A stretch of DNA of 64,000 nucleotides from the human T2T-CHM13v2.0 reference genome, Homo sapiens. The notes below the pieces were generated by a model. The model did no database searches. It saw nothing but the letters and a program-made list of their open reading frames with translations, and had not been told where the DNA came from. Location: NCBI RefSeq assembly GCF_009914755.1, contig NC_060933.1; one strand, 5' to 3'. The position numbers and the translations under genes were made by a program. Positions 1-15,432 of this stretch are shown piece by piece; within the stretch, counting starts at the first letter, position 1; the number at the start of each line of letters is the position of its first letter.

Positions 1-162
1 CTTTTAAGAAAATTGTTTTCCTCATTGATGCACATTGAATTGCTTGTGAATTCTGGTATCTGGCCACTGTGATCAGGTATAATCATTAGAATCACATTAT
101 TTACTTTTACTGGCTTGGGCATACATGTACACATGAGCTGGTACACACACATACACACACAC

Positions 163-507
163 TGTATTAATCCATTTTCACACTGCTGATAAAGACATAC
201 TTGAGACTAGGCAATTTACAAAAGAAAGGTTTATTGGACTTACAGTTCCACGTGGCTGAGGAGGCCTCACAATCGTGGTGGAAGGTGAAAGGCACGTCTC
301 ACATGGTGGCAGACAAGAGAAGAGAGAAGCTTGTTCAGGGGAACTCCTGTTTTTAAAACCATTAGATCTCATGAGACTTACTCACTATCATGAGAACAGC
401 ATGGGAAAGACTTGCCCCCATGATTCAATTACCTCCCCCTGGGTCCCTCCCACAACACATGGGAATTCAAGATGAGATTTGGGTGGGGACACAGCCAAAG
501 AATATCA
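163..507 (-). mobile_element. THE1 (THE1B-like) MaLR solo LTR
   Basis: TG...CA termini, THE1 hallmarks (gagatttgggtggggacacagcc), 5-bp TSD CACAC at 158-162 and 508-512. Confidence 0.9.
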
Positions 508-829
508 CACACATATCCACTAGTACAGAGAGAGAACAGTAGAAAAGTCATGTGTGCAGAAGAAAGGACAGAAAGAAGAGCTGCAATTAAAAACAGTCAC
601 CTTTTATCTCCATTTTTTTCTATCTTCTGATGTTACTAAGATAAGAGATTTTAAAAAGTGGTCAAAATATATGAAGTACTTGTTATTTTTAAGGTGTTAC
701 TCACACTTGCTTAATCCCATCAACTGTCCTGTGCATAGATATTATCATTATTCTCATTTCACAAAGAGAAAATGTAATCAGAAAGGTTTTTTTTTCTTGA
801 TTGTTTAAAGGTTATGTGTGTTTGTGTGC

Positions 830-958
830 TTTATTTATTTTTTGAGATAGGGTCTTGCTATGTTGCCTAGTCTGGTCTTGAATTTCTGGGATCAAGCTAT
901 CCTCCTGCCTCAGCCTCTAAAGTAGCTGGAACTACAGGGGTGTGCCACCATGCCCAGC
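830..958 (-). mobile_element. Alu monomer (FLAM-type)
   Basis: Single left-arm-like Alu unit of about 130 bp with T-rich tail. Confidence 0.8.
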
Positions 959-1339
959 TTTATATATGCATTTCAAATTAAAAATCCATCCACCATTATT
1001 AAAATGTGATTGGTCCAGGTCTAAGAAATACATTCAGCATTCTATGAGGGCCTCTATTTCCTGAGAAACTAATAATTATAATTTTGTGAAATATTTTCCT
1101 ATATGATTTCTATGTACTTTTCTATACCCGGCTTCCAGAGAAAATGCACATCTCAAATGCAATGCTTTTATTATAAGTCTAGTTCTCATATTTTCCCCAG
1201 ATCCAACTGAGCCGTTAGTTTTTTCTTTTAGAAAGAATCATAGTTATGTGATGCGCATTTTCCCTGGAAGATGGATCAGTATATTACTTGAATTAGGTTG
1301 CACAAATAAATGAGAAATTGCTTTTTATTATTTTTTCAG

Positions 1340-1470
1340 TTCCTCCTCCTCCTTCTCTCCCTCTCCCTCCTCCTCCTCCTCTTCTTCTTCTTCTTATTCC
1401 TCCTCCTCCTCCTCTTCTTGTTCTTCTTCTTACTCCTCCTCCTCTTCCTCCTCTTCTTCTTCTTCCTTTC
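1340..1470. repeat. (CCT/CTT)n polypyrimidine tract grown from an Alu tail
   Basis: Mixed CCT/CTT triplets lying inside the TSD of the adjacent AluJ. Confidence 0.9.
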
Positions 1471-1756
1471 AGAGGTGGAGCCTTTCTCTGTGGCCCAGCC
1501 TGGAGTGCAGTGGCATGATCACAGCTCACTGTAACCTCAAAATCCTAGGCTGAAGTGATCATCCTGCCTCAGCCTCCTCAGTAGCTGGGTCTATAGGCAT
1601 GTGCTAACACACCTGGATAATTTTTAAAAATTTATTGTAGAGATGAGGTTCTTGCTATGTTGCCCAGGCTGATCTGGAACTTCTGGCCTGAAGTAATCCT
1701 TCTCTTTCAGCCCCTCAAAGCACTAGGATTATAGGTACAAGCCACTGTGCTTAACC
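1466..1756 (-). mobile_element. AluJ
   Basis: Diverged dimeric Alu; TSD AGAAATT(G/A)CTTTT at 1313-1325 and 1757-1769. Confidence 0.88.
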
Positions 1757-2614
1757 AGAAATTACTTTTAAAATAACTAGTAGATATGAATGTGAGCATT
1801 CTAAACGGATCATTAGATTAGTAGCCACTGAGTCTGAGCCATGTTTCTCTGTGACCTGAATAAGAATTATGGTAGAAAGCCTTGTAAAGCCTTGACTAGG
1901 AGATGAAGAAGGTAGGGAGTAATTGCAATGGAGGGGATTGCTTGTTCTTGGCAGTAATATTCATCTATGCCATTCATTTAGGATGAAGAATAATGAGGGA
2001 CAAAGCAAATGTTGGCTGTCTCCTCTCTCATGTATTTGGAAAATTTATCTTGGATTTATTAACCAGATAAATTACTCTCCTGCAAAGTGTAACCATAAAT
2101 CAACACAGAAAGATTGACATGGTATCATTTCCTTTGACATAATAAACCAGAGGTGGTGTGGCAATCCAAGAGCAATTATAACACAATTAAATGTTCAGGT
2201 TACTCCCTCCCTCTCATAATTTATGCTTGGGAAAAATATACCTAAAGGTTTATATTTTTTAAGGGAAGTCAGAATTGTTGAGTAGCCAAGAACAACAAAA
2301 AAAAAGACATTGAAGATTCCCAAGTGGGACGACTAGCAATTTAATGATTTCTTTCTTCAAAACAAAGATACATGTATAGCAAAACTATGAATTTTTTCTA
2401 AAAGTCTAATGAGAAACCATTATTGGTTTGGGTAAAATGATTTAATCATCAACTAAAAACAGTCTTAGAGTCCCAGAATGTTTCAGTTGGATAGGAAATT
2501 AGACCTCATTCTCTTCAGTCAAATAATTACAGCAAATTATTTGATAAACATTTGTGTTGACTCCTACGAGGTGTATGGTGCTACTTTAGGTACTTTGGGT
2601 TAAAAAAAGAAGGA

Positions 2615-4015
<1,401 letters not shown>

Positions 4016-6231
4016 AAAAAAGTACAGCCTTCTGTGGTGAAAAGGAGGCTGGATTGAGATCAGACTCAGGTTTGCAATTTGGTTTTCCCACCTTCTGTTT
4101 GTATGAACCTGGATAAATTATGCAACCACACTCTGGAAAATGCATTATAGGAATCTACAATAGGTGTTGTTTTAACTTCCTTGGGGTGGGCACTTCGATA
4201 ACATTCAGTGGGCAATTCAGATAATAAACGTCAAATGCTTTCCTACCTGGGATCATTATTTTCATGTAAGATAGATATCATCTACTAAGCAAAACTGGAA
4301 TGATTGCAAAGTAATACCCGTAGGGAAAATGATGCACAAATACCATGGAAGGAAAGAACTGCAAGAGTGAGCTAAGTGAGGTGGGGAGGTACAAGCAGCA
4401 AGTCTGGTCAGCTGAAGGTTTCCTGCCGGCCTTTTCATGTTGCTGGGAAGGCAATAACAAACTCTGTGAGTCAAGCAAAGGATCAGGCAATGGGGGGAGA
4501 AAAAGGAGAAGAGAGCTTGACTCATCCCTGGAGGGATAAACCACTGCTTTAACTGAGAGCCAGTGCACCCCTGGGAAAGAAGGAGTCGCACCACGTGATA
4601 CCTCCTCAGCCAGGGCTGGCCCAAGCCAACTGCTGCCTCAAGGCTGCTTATTCTGTTTATACTGCAATGTGTAGACGTGCCTAGTTGCCCTGGCCCCTGA
4701 GCACAATAGTGATCACAATGCAATTCCTTAGCCTTGCCTCGTCATCCTGGATGAACCCAGGCCAGGTGCTCATTGACAGTTGATGCTTCCAAGGGAGAAA
4801 CAGAGGGAAGATCCTAGGTGTCCAGCAGGAGGTGTCTGTGCAGGCACATGGGGACCTTGGGCTGCTTCTGCCTTAGTTGTGTGCAACTGCCTTCGTGATT
4901 TTATTGTCAGGAGCAAGGACATGGAAAAATCTTTTATTCAGGGGAAACATTCTTTTTACAGTGGCTCAGCAAAAGTCAGTAAAGGCAAATTTACTCTACC
5001 AGTGAGGGAAAAATATGTTTGCCATAGGCAGGTGCTATTTAGAGCAAAAATAAACATATGCTCGTACACACACATACAGAAATAATCATGTTAATGTTTA
5101 GTTTAACATCTATACCAGAATAGAAAGAATGCATTTATCAGCAGTCAATATCTATGGAGTAGTCATACAAAGAAAACACATTTTTAAGCTAAAATAGGAT
5201 AAATTAATACATTTGAAAACTTCAAGCCTTTACTTCATGTATGTGTGTACGTGTGCACATGGATGTGCTGGGCACAGGCATGCAGGCATGTGAGTTTGTA
5301 TAAATGCCCTCTGCTAAGGAACCACAGAGCTCTGGCATAGATTTAAATCTGGTCTAGTAACAAAAAAGTCCAGCTGCTCCGACAGCTGCGCTGTGATTCA
5401 GAGAATTCTTGGTTTCAAGTGGCCCCAGTGTCAAAAGTTAGGATGAGAGGACTGATTTGTCCAACTTTAAATTTGCTGAGCACCAGGAGGTGTCTGTTTC
5501 TAGCAGAAATTAAATTTGAACTTCCAGGACTTCTTCAGGTTTGTGTCTTTTTGACAAGACATAGTTTCCCATTTGTGAAAAGTGCTTTTTCAAATGTACA
5601 AAATAGATGGGCAACATATAAATTGACCAGACTTGCGCAAAGATGGACTAATATGGAAGCTGTTTCTCAAGGTGTTACTGAGGCTTCTATGATTTCAGTG
5701 TGATGATGCGTCTGTTAAGCAGCAGTAGAAAACAAAAGCCTGTAGAAAGCACAGGTGGTCTTTGGCTGCTTGGGAGAAGTAGAGACAAGGCCAGAGTGTT
5801 GAGGCTGTAGACACATCTTAACACCTTGGGTCCCAATGGGTAGAGGAGATGGAATAGGAGGAAAAAGACAGAGAAGAGAGCGAAAGTAGTGGGGCTACTT
5901 AGCTGGATGAGAGACACGAAGGTTCAGGAAAAACAAATGGGAAAAACATTGCTTTTCTCCTACCTAAGACTCTCCTCCTTCCTGCCTTTCACAACGAAAA
6001 TTAGGAAAAAAATAGAATTATGAAATAATTTTGAATGATGAAAAACATATTTAAGACAAGTGGTTTACCTGGCTTTGAATTCCCCAAAAGAATTTTTAAA
6101 ATTGTTCAATAGGAAAATTCATTTTGAAACACCTTATTTCCATTCATTACATGCCAACATAATGGTAAACAGCACTATTAGAATTTTCCAGTGAGGTACT
6201 AGACATATTTCTCTCTCAAGGGACTACCACA

Positions 6232-6507
6232 TGGTACTGTGGTACAGTGGTACTGTGTGGTACTATGGTACAGCGGTACTGTGTGGTACTGTGGTACAGT
6301 GGTACTGTGTGGTACTATGGTACAGCGGTACTGTGTGGTACTGTGGTACAGTGGTACTGTGTGGTACTATGGTACAGTGGTACTGTGTGGTACTGTGGTA
6401 CAGTGGTACTGTGTGGTACTATGGTACAGCGGTAGTGTGTGGTACTGTGGTACAGTGGTACTGTGTGGTACTGTGATACAGTGATACTGTGTGGTACTGC
6501 GGTACAG
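6232..6507. repeat. Minisatellite, 26-bp unit x about 10.6, with 52-bp higher-order alternation
   Basis: TGGTACTGTGGTACAGTGGTACTGTG alternates with TGGTACTATGGTACAGCGGTACTGTG. Confidence 0.95.
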
Positions 6508-6603
6508 TTGCTGCTAGAGGCCAAAGAGCATTGGCACATTTATGGCCTACTAATGTCAATCAATCAACACTTTTCTAGATTGTGGGGAGTCCTGAATTAT
6601 CCA

Positions 6604-6916
6604 GTTTGTCTTTGTTTTTGTTTTTGAGACAATGTCTCGCTCTGTCACCCAGGCTGGAGTGCAGTGGAAGTATCATAGCTCACTTGCATCAGTGAACTCC
6701 TGGGCTCTAGTGATCCTCCCGCCTTAGCCTCCTGAGTAGCTGGGGCAACAGGGATAAGCCAGCCACCATGCTGGGCCAATTAATTTTTTTTGTTTTGTAG
6801 AGACGGGAGTCTTACTTTGTTGCTCAGGCTGGTCTCAAACTCGTGGGCTCAAGTGGTCCTCCTACCTCGGTTTCCCAAAATGATAAGATTACAGGCGTGA
6901 GCCACTGTGCCCAGCC
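6604..6916 (-). mobile_element. AluJ
   Basis: Diverged dimeric Alu (ctcctgggctc, gggctcaagtgg). Confidence 0.88.
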
Positions 6917-8679
6917 TATTACCCAGTTATTTTTTACTGGTGTCTCTGCAGATATGAGGTTGTCAAGGGAACCGCCATAAGATAAAAATATTCATTAATG
7001 AATTGGCCACTTAAAGCATCAGTCCTCCCTCCAGCAAGCCTTCCCCTTTAGAGTAGTCAATTCTGCTGCCAGTTGCCAGATGCCATAAACATCTAATAAC
7101 ACAAAGTAAATACAGCCAAGGGCCAGGAGAGTACAGTCCCTCTGTCGAGAATGAGGAAGGTGAACCTCTCACACAGCCTAACCAGTCCTTACCCTGATGT
7201 GGGGGTGATGATGATTCTGGCAAGGGCATAGCTTCTTAAGGGCTTGAAAACCAGGGCAGCTTCCTTTACCGGCGGGGAAGCTGCTGCGGTCCCTGCTCTG
7301 AGCAGCTCTTGGTCTCTCCTGCGCTGTGTCCTTTGCTGTGTCACATCACTGTCATGCATGTGACAACTATGCACATGTGAAGAGATGATCGTGTCTGTGT
7401 GAGGGAGAAGACAACACTTAAAAAGCAAGAAGAATGGCAATCTCATCGAACCCGTGGAGTATATCGATAGTAAAATATAGAAAATACAGACAGAAGGAAG
7501 CTGTGTGTTTTGCTGACTGTCAGTATAAGCAGTGCAGTGCCCTGAGTTTCCCATAGCCCAGACTTAAGCCATAGTGACGACAGAGGATTGGGTGACTGCC
7601 GTAAGTCTGTAGGGGCTGAAAAAGCAAGCCCTCTTTCTTTAGTCTATTTTCAAAAAGGAGCAGGGAAGGATGAACCTTGATGCGCTTATTTGAGTAAAAG
7701 GCAAGGAAATTCTATAAGAAAGAGTTGCAGTGAAGAATTGTAAGATGCCCGAGGTGAAACATGAAACACCTCAGCGGTTAGGATGACCTCCACATTCAAC
7801 CTTGGCACTTCCTTGGGATGCCAACCTCCTTGGTCGCCATGGCATCCAAATCAGCCAGTTCATTTTGGTCAAAATTCCTCTCCAACTATCCCAAGTTCAA
7901 TGAAAATCTCAGTGGACTTTCGTTAAAGAACAGAAGAAAACAAAGTAAATGGCCCGACTGAGTCACTAGAAGAATTTTGGCAAATTATTTGTGCTCCCCC
8001 AAGTCTTATTGAGTTTAAACCTAAGGCAGAAGTTTTTGAAAGGCTGGTATAAAGCAGAGACAGCCTGTGATAATGAGAAGACACTGTTACTACATTCTTT
8101 TGATAATACAAAGCAATTTTTTGATAACACAAAGGAGTTGGTGTTGAGAGGTTACATTGAAGGGTAGCAGATATTGTGCCTCAGGGTCTGATCTAGCCAA
8201 ACTTTCTGGGATCCTCTGAGCATAGGACAGGCAGTATTCACTATCTCACTGTTCTTTCTTCTTGGTTTGTTCAGTAGGATGGAAAAGAAGTTGGTTTGTA
8301 TAGAACAGCCACAAATAAATGAGAAATTAGGTGCTTTCCTTATCGGCTCAATCCCATGGATGAAACCACCACAGAAAAGACAATGGTCCTCTTAACCTCC
8401 ACATCAGTGGTTTCCTATGTTCTTATACTTCTGTCAGCTTATCATAAACTGGCAAACCTCAGCATGTATAGGTTAGATTTTTAAAGCTCACTAGTGTACA
8501 GTTTCATGCAAAGATATATTAAGTTTCAACACATTTCCCTAAGAAGTTAATGTACACAACAGAATCATTTTACAAACAAACTACTCCTCTTTCTCTCCCT
8601 TTTGGTTCTGCAGGAGAAGTGAGGAAAGATGGTGGAAACTTTCATGGTAATAACTTTTGTCCTGCCTCATATAATGTAT

Positions 8680-9119
<440 letters not shown>

Positions 9120-9584
9120 TAGTGCAGGACGTTTCTTTGTTTTATGGCTGCAAATTTTCTGAAAATTTTACATTTCTCCAAAGACGTATGAGGACAATGG
9201 ATGAGATTCGCTCAGTGAGGAAAGGAGAGGATACGGCTTGATGTTATAGCAGAATACTCATTACTATGTCTTCCATGCACTTCTGTGTCCTTAAGCACCT
9301 AGCACAATGCCCAGTATGATTGCAGGTTCAATAAATGCCCACCGGATTAAACCAACATCAAAGATGTTCTCTTTGGCCAGCAAAATGATGCTGTCTTTTG
9401 TTACAGCCAACTTGAGAGGGTGGGCTGGGATTACTGATGCCACTCCTTAAACAGATTCTAAAGTTAGATTGGAGATATGTTTTAGTCAATGACAGTGCAA
9501 AGCATGTAAATTAGAAGTCGGTTTATCCTGTAGCTGATGGGGAAAAGGACGGAAGTTCTGGAAAGGGGTAGGGAATGAATATTT

Positions 9585-9825
9585 GTTATTGAACACCTGA
9601 TAATGTACCAGACAATGTGATCTCCAGAAGTACAGATGAGACATACATTGTTTCTTGTAATCCTCTAAAGCACAGAGGAATAGATGTTATTCCCATTTCC
9701 AAGATGAGGAAACTGAGGTTTAGGGAAGCTTATAACTCACACAGAATCTCAGTTACTACATGTCAGAGCCAGGATTCTAATCGAGGTCTGTCTAACTCCA
9801 AAATTGATGCTTTTTCCCCCAGTGG
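9585..9825 (-). mobile_element. MIR
   Basis: MIR core cccatttccaagatgaggaaactgagg...gagccaggattc. Confidence 0.75.
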
Positions 9826-11711
9826 AAAACACTCCCTTCATTCCTTTTAAATTCAGGAAGATATTAATGCTATTGACATGGCAGAGTCTTCTGAATAGTA
9901 GGACATGTCTCTGTGAGAGCCATGGTTAGATGTGCTGGGTGCAGGAAGAGAAGTCAAGGAGTCCCCACTCTGGGGGATGGGAGGGATGCTGCCCAGCTCT
10001 CCCTTAGGAGCTACAGAGTCAAAGCACTGAGCAGGAGCTTGGCACAGAGCAGCGCTTAGAGGCAAGGAAAGCCTACAGCACGTGGGAAAGGGGCAGGTAT
10101 GGGACACAGAGAGAAGTCAGGTCCGTGTGTGCTGGGATTCCTTCCTCTTTGACAGGTTATGGCTTGCTAACCAACACAGACACATGTAGTGTCATGGAGC
10201 AGGAAGGGATTGGAATGGACCTAGCTACCTAGGTCTTTTCCCCTTTCGATTATATTGATTTCATGACCCTGTGGTTTGCATTTATTTTTTAAGGAACACC
10301 GAACTCAACAGGAATAAGTTCTTTTAGCCTACTTTAGCAAAAACCCATCTTTTAAAGTGTTAAAAAAAATGGAACTGCAGTAAAATAGAAAATAATTTTG
10401 CTTAGTAAAATATGAAGCCCTTTCAAGGCAGATCTAAACACTGGGGAGAAAATACGGGACAGGAAAAAATATGAAAATTAACAAATAAACAAGAGTGTCT
10501 ATCTCTCTCTATGAATGACAGGATTCCTGGGGTCATTTTTATTTCTCTCTGACTTCAGACTGGAATAATTAGAAGAAGAGAGATCAAAATCAGTTTCTGG
10601 CAAACAGGAAAGCATTTCAAAGAGTTGAAATGTGAAATGACTTAGGAGTCTAGAATTTATGTTCTCATCACCGGGTTGTAAACATGAGGTGGCTCAGTGG
10701 AGGAGTGACTTCCCAGACAGGGAAAGCAAGATTTTCAGAGAGAAACACCCCAGAGATGAAGAAGCTTTCATCTTCCATTTTTTTCTTCTTACATGTTTTA
10801 TTACTGTGTATACCACTGGGTGACATGACTCAGACTGTAAACATATTGGAGAGACAGGAGGTGGTTTAAAAAAAAGTACTGCCTTTTATATCACAGGAAG
10901 TGATTTAAAAAGGTGGGCGCACCAGATTTATGTGTGTGTTATGGTGATGCTACTTTTTTGTCACCGGAGGAAATTATTTTATGAGGCTTCATTTGGTTTT
11001 ATGAGGAAAATTGGCCTCAGAGGAGAAAGTGAGTGTTGTACTCTCTAGTGGAGCTGGATTAGCCATGGTATCTTGGTCTCAGTTTCATGAAACCTTTAGA
11101 ATCTGTGCCCTAGATAAAAAGAGATGACATGCTACCTCATAGGTGTCATCTCAGGGATAAAATGTGCACGGTACTGCATTGGGAGCCATGGGTGATGCGT
11201 GTGAGGCAGCTCTCCATACGGTGAGATGAGGGAGGTCATGTTAGTCTTTTTCTAAGGAGTGTGAACAAATGGCAAAACTGGCTGCTTTGAGCTTCACCAT
11301 ATGTGTAACTGTACTGACTTTCAGTGAAGATTCTAGTGAGAGCTGAAATCATCTATGAGCTTAAACAGAAAAGAAAAAAAAAAGACGTAAGAGAAGAGGA
11401 GAGCCAAATGTTAATCCTGTATCGGTGCCTCTGTGTGGTCTCTTTTTCTGTCTGTGAGCAACTCCCCAGCCAAATCTAGGCTTGACTGGAAGGGCTGGAC
11501 TTTGCCAGAAAATTCTTTAAAAAGATGAGAAAAAGTAAAAAAAAATAAGAATGAAGAGGAATGAAAACGCAAACCTTTTGGTTCAATATCAAAACTCAAG
11601 TGAAATAACCAGTTGCACACAGTTGGTAATATTTCCCAGTTTAGAGGGCACAGCAAGGACTTCTTGGGGATTTGTTCTCTCCAGGTCTTCTCCTGATGTC
11701 CTGTATCATCT

Positions 11712-11765
11712 ATTTGTTCGTTCGTTCATTCATTCATTCATTTGTTCATTCATTCATTCATTCAT
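11712..11765. repeat. (TTCA/TTCG)n microsatellite
   Basis: Tetranucleotide repeat visible directly. Confidence 0.85.
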
Positions 11766-12211
11766 GGGTCCTAAAAGGAACACAGGATCAATTTGCAACA
11801 AACCCAGTCCCAAAATATTTCAATTTTTTTCTGTCTACAAGACTCACCTTACTTTATTTTGTTTTTAATTGACAAATAATAATGGTGTATTTTTATGGGG
11901 TACAATGTGATATTTTACACATTGCAGAAAGATTCAATACGGATGATTAACCTGATATCCCTCACCTTACCAACTCTCTTTTTTTTGTGGGGAGAACGTT
12001 AAAAATCCATTTTTAAGCAATTTTATGATATATAATACATTATTATCAGCTGTGGTCACCATGTAGTGCAATAGATGACTAAAACTTATTTTTCCAGTAC
12101 TGACATTTTGCATTCTTTGATCAACATTTTCTTTTTCCTCATTCTTCCCCCTCTGTCGATCTCTGGTAACTACCTTTCCGCTCTCTCTTTCTATGACATG
12201 GACTTTTTTAG

Positions 12212-12633
<422 letters not shown>

Positions 12634-12867
12634 TCTTTCTTTTTAAAGGCTTTATAGTATTCCATTGTGTATAGACAAAACAGTTTCTTTATCCATTGAT
12701 GAACACTTGGGTTGCTTCCATATCTTGACTATTGTAAATAATGCTGAAATGAACTGGGAGTGCAGATAGCTCTTCAACATACAGATTTCAATTCTTTTAG
12801 CTATATATCTAGAAGTGGAGTTATTGTATCATATGGCAATTCTACATTTAGTTTTTTGAGGAACCTC

Positions 12868-14338
12868 TGTATTAGTCCATTTTCATACTGCTGTAAAGAA
12901 CTGCCTGAGACTGGGTAATTTATAAAGGACAGAGGTTTAATTGACTCACAGTTCAGCATGGCTGGGGAGGCCTCAGGATACTTAGAATTATGGCAGAAGG
13001 CAAAGGGGAAGTAAAGAATCTTCTTCACAAGGTGGCAGGAAGGAGAAGTGCTGAGTGAAAGGGGAAGAGCCCCTTATAAAACCATCAGATCTCATGAGAA
13101 CTCACACGTTATCATGAGAATAGCATGGGAGAAACCACTCTCATGATGCAATTACTCCACCTCGTCTCTCCATTGACATGTGGGGATTATGGGGATTGCA
13201 ATTCAAGATGAGATTTGGGTGGGGAAATGAAGCCTAACCATATCATTTCACTCCTGACACCTCCCAAATCTCATGTCCCTTTCACATGTCAGAACCTATC
13301 ATGCCTTCCCAACAGTCCCCCAAAGTCTTAATTTTTTCCAGCATTAACCCAAAAGTCCAAGCCCAAAGTTTCATCTGAGACATGGCAAGTCCCTTTTGCC
13401 TATGAATCTGTAAAATCAAAAGCACGTTAGTTACTTCCTAGATACAATGGGGGTACAGGCATTGGTAAATACACCCACTCCAAATGGGATAAATTGGCCA
13501 AAACAAAGAGGCTACAGGCCCAATGCAAGTCCAAAACCCAGATGGGCAGTCAAATATTAAAGCTACAAAATGATCTCCTTTGACTCCATGTCTCACATCC
13601 AGGGCATGCTGATGCAAGAAGTGGGTTCCCACGGCCTTGGGAAGCTCCGCCCCTGGGCTTTGTAGGGTACAGTCCCCTCTCTTTGCTAAAGCATAGTGAG
13701 AGTCAACTTTGCTCCAGTTCCCCATAAGTTTCTTGTCTCCATCTGAGACCACCTCAGCCTGGAGTTCATTGTCCACTTGGTCAAAGCCATTCAACAAGTC
13801 TCTATGAAGTTGCAAACTTTTCCACATTTTTCTGTCTTCTTCTGAGTCCTCCAAACTGTTCCAACCTCTGCCTGTTATCCAGTTCCAAAGTTGCTCCCAT
13901 ATTTTCAGGTATCTTTATAGCAGTGGCCCACTACCTTGGTACCAATTTACTGTATTTACTATATTAGCCTGTTTTCATACTGCTATACAGAACTGCTCGA
14001 GACTGGGTAATTTATAAAGGAAGGAGGTTTAATTGACTCACAGTTCAGCATAGCTGGGGAGGCCTCTGGACACTTACAATTACGGCAGAAGACAAAGGGG
14101 AAGCAAGGCACCTTCTTCACAAGACGGCAGGAAGGAGAAGTGCTGAGTGAAGGGGAAAGAGCTCCATATAAAACCATGAGATCTTGTGAGAACTCACTCA
14201 CTATCATGAGAACAGCTTGGGGGAAACTGTCCCCATGATTCAATTACCTCCACCTGGTCTCTGCCTTGACACATGGGGAGTACAGGGATTACAATTCAAG
14301 ATGAGATTTGAGTGGGGACACAGAGTCTAACCATATCA
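12868..14338 (-). mobile_element. THE1D-like two-LTR MaLR element with internal deletion (3' LTR 12868-13245, internal 13246-13950, 5' LTR 13951-14338)
   Basis: Two homologous LTRs, THE1-int start (ggtaccaatttac), TSD ACCTC/ACCTT; internal part only about 700 bp. Confidence 0.9.
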
Positions 14339-15432
14339 ACCTTCATACTATTTTCCAAAATGGCTGTACTAATTTACATTCCCACCAGTGGTATGCAGGG
14401 TCCCCTTTTCTCCACATCATCACCAATACTTATCATTTGTCTTTTTGATAATAGCTATTCCAAAGGGTATGAGGTGATATCTCATTGCAATTTTAATTCA
14501 CATTTCTCTGATGATTAGAGATTTTGAACATTTTTCATATATCTGTTTGCTATTTCTATTTCTTTTGAGAAATGTCTGTTCAACTCCTTTGTCCGTTTTT
14601 CTAAAAAATTGGGTTATTTCTTGCTATTGAGTTGTTTGAGTTCTTATGTATTTTGGATATTAGCCCCTTATCAGATGTATGTTTACAAATATTTTTCCCA
14701 TTCTGAGTTGTCTCTTCACTATGTTAATTGTTTTCTTCTCTTAATGTATTTTTATTTTAAGAGTATGACCATGGATAAATGTCATACTCTTAAATATGGC
14801 ATCATAGATAGAAGACCAAAGCTCTAGCATCTCCTTTTTGGGGCCAAGTGAATCAATGTATCATAGTCTTTATGTAAGTCCATAGTGACCAAAGTGACAG
14901 TGAAATTTTGAGAGAATTTGGGTCCTGTGTTTTTCTCTATTATAATCTTGTAAATGTTCTATGACTTTTTCATTATTCATAGTTAATACAATCATTTAGA
15001 GAAGAGTGAGAATAAAGAATAGAGAAAACAACACAGGCAGTAAGAAAGAATTACTAGAAAAATTCTAATTTCTAATTTTATTGATTCCTTTATATTATCT
15101 CTATGCTTTTATAGTCTCTATCAGTTGCATGCATTACCTCTATTTATTTACAAATCTCTTCCTCTTACATTAACCCTGTATGGTAGATATAAGGGACTCA
15201 CTAGATCAAGACCACATAGCCAGGACATACAAGGTGGGATTTAACCAGTTCCCAGGCTCTTTCCAATACTTGATGATGCACTACCATCCTGGAGGGACTC
15301 TTCATGATTACAGGTAGAGACCAGTCTCTTGGTTTTTCAATTAGCTTTTTCCAAAACATAAAAAAAGAAAAAAGAAAACATTGCTTACCTGCAAATTGAT
15401 TCATAACTTATTGATTTCTCTGATCTTTTAAT

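Noticed and set aside
1293-1534. Poly-Gly/Arg, poly-Leu and poly-Pro ORFs
   Set aside because: Translations of the CCT/CTT tract and adjacent Alu
6231-6539. CRISPR-like array or coding repeat (ORFs in several frames)
   Set aside because: No unique spacers; a plain eukaryotic minisatellite that lacks stop codons
13438-13854. 138-aa ORF
   Set aside because: Remnant of the THE1 internal ORF read across a deletion; not a host gene
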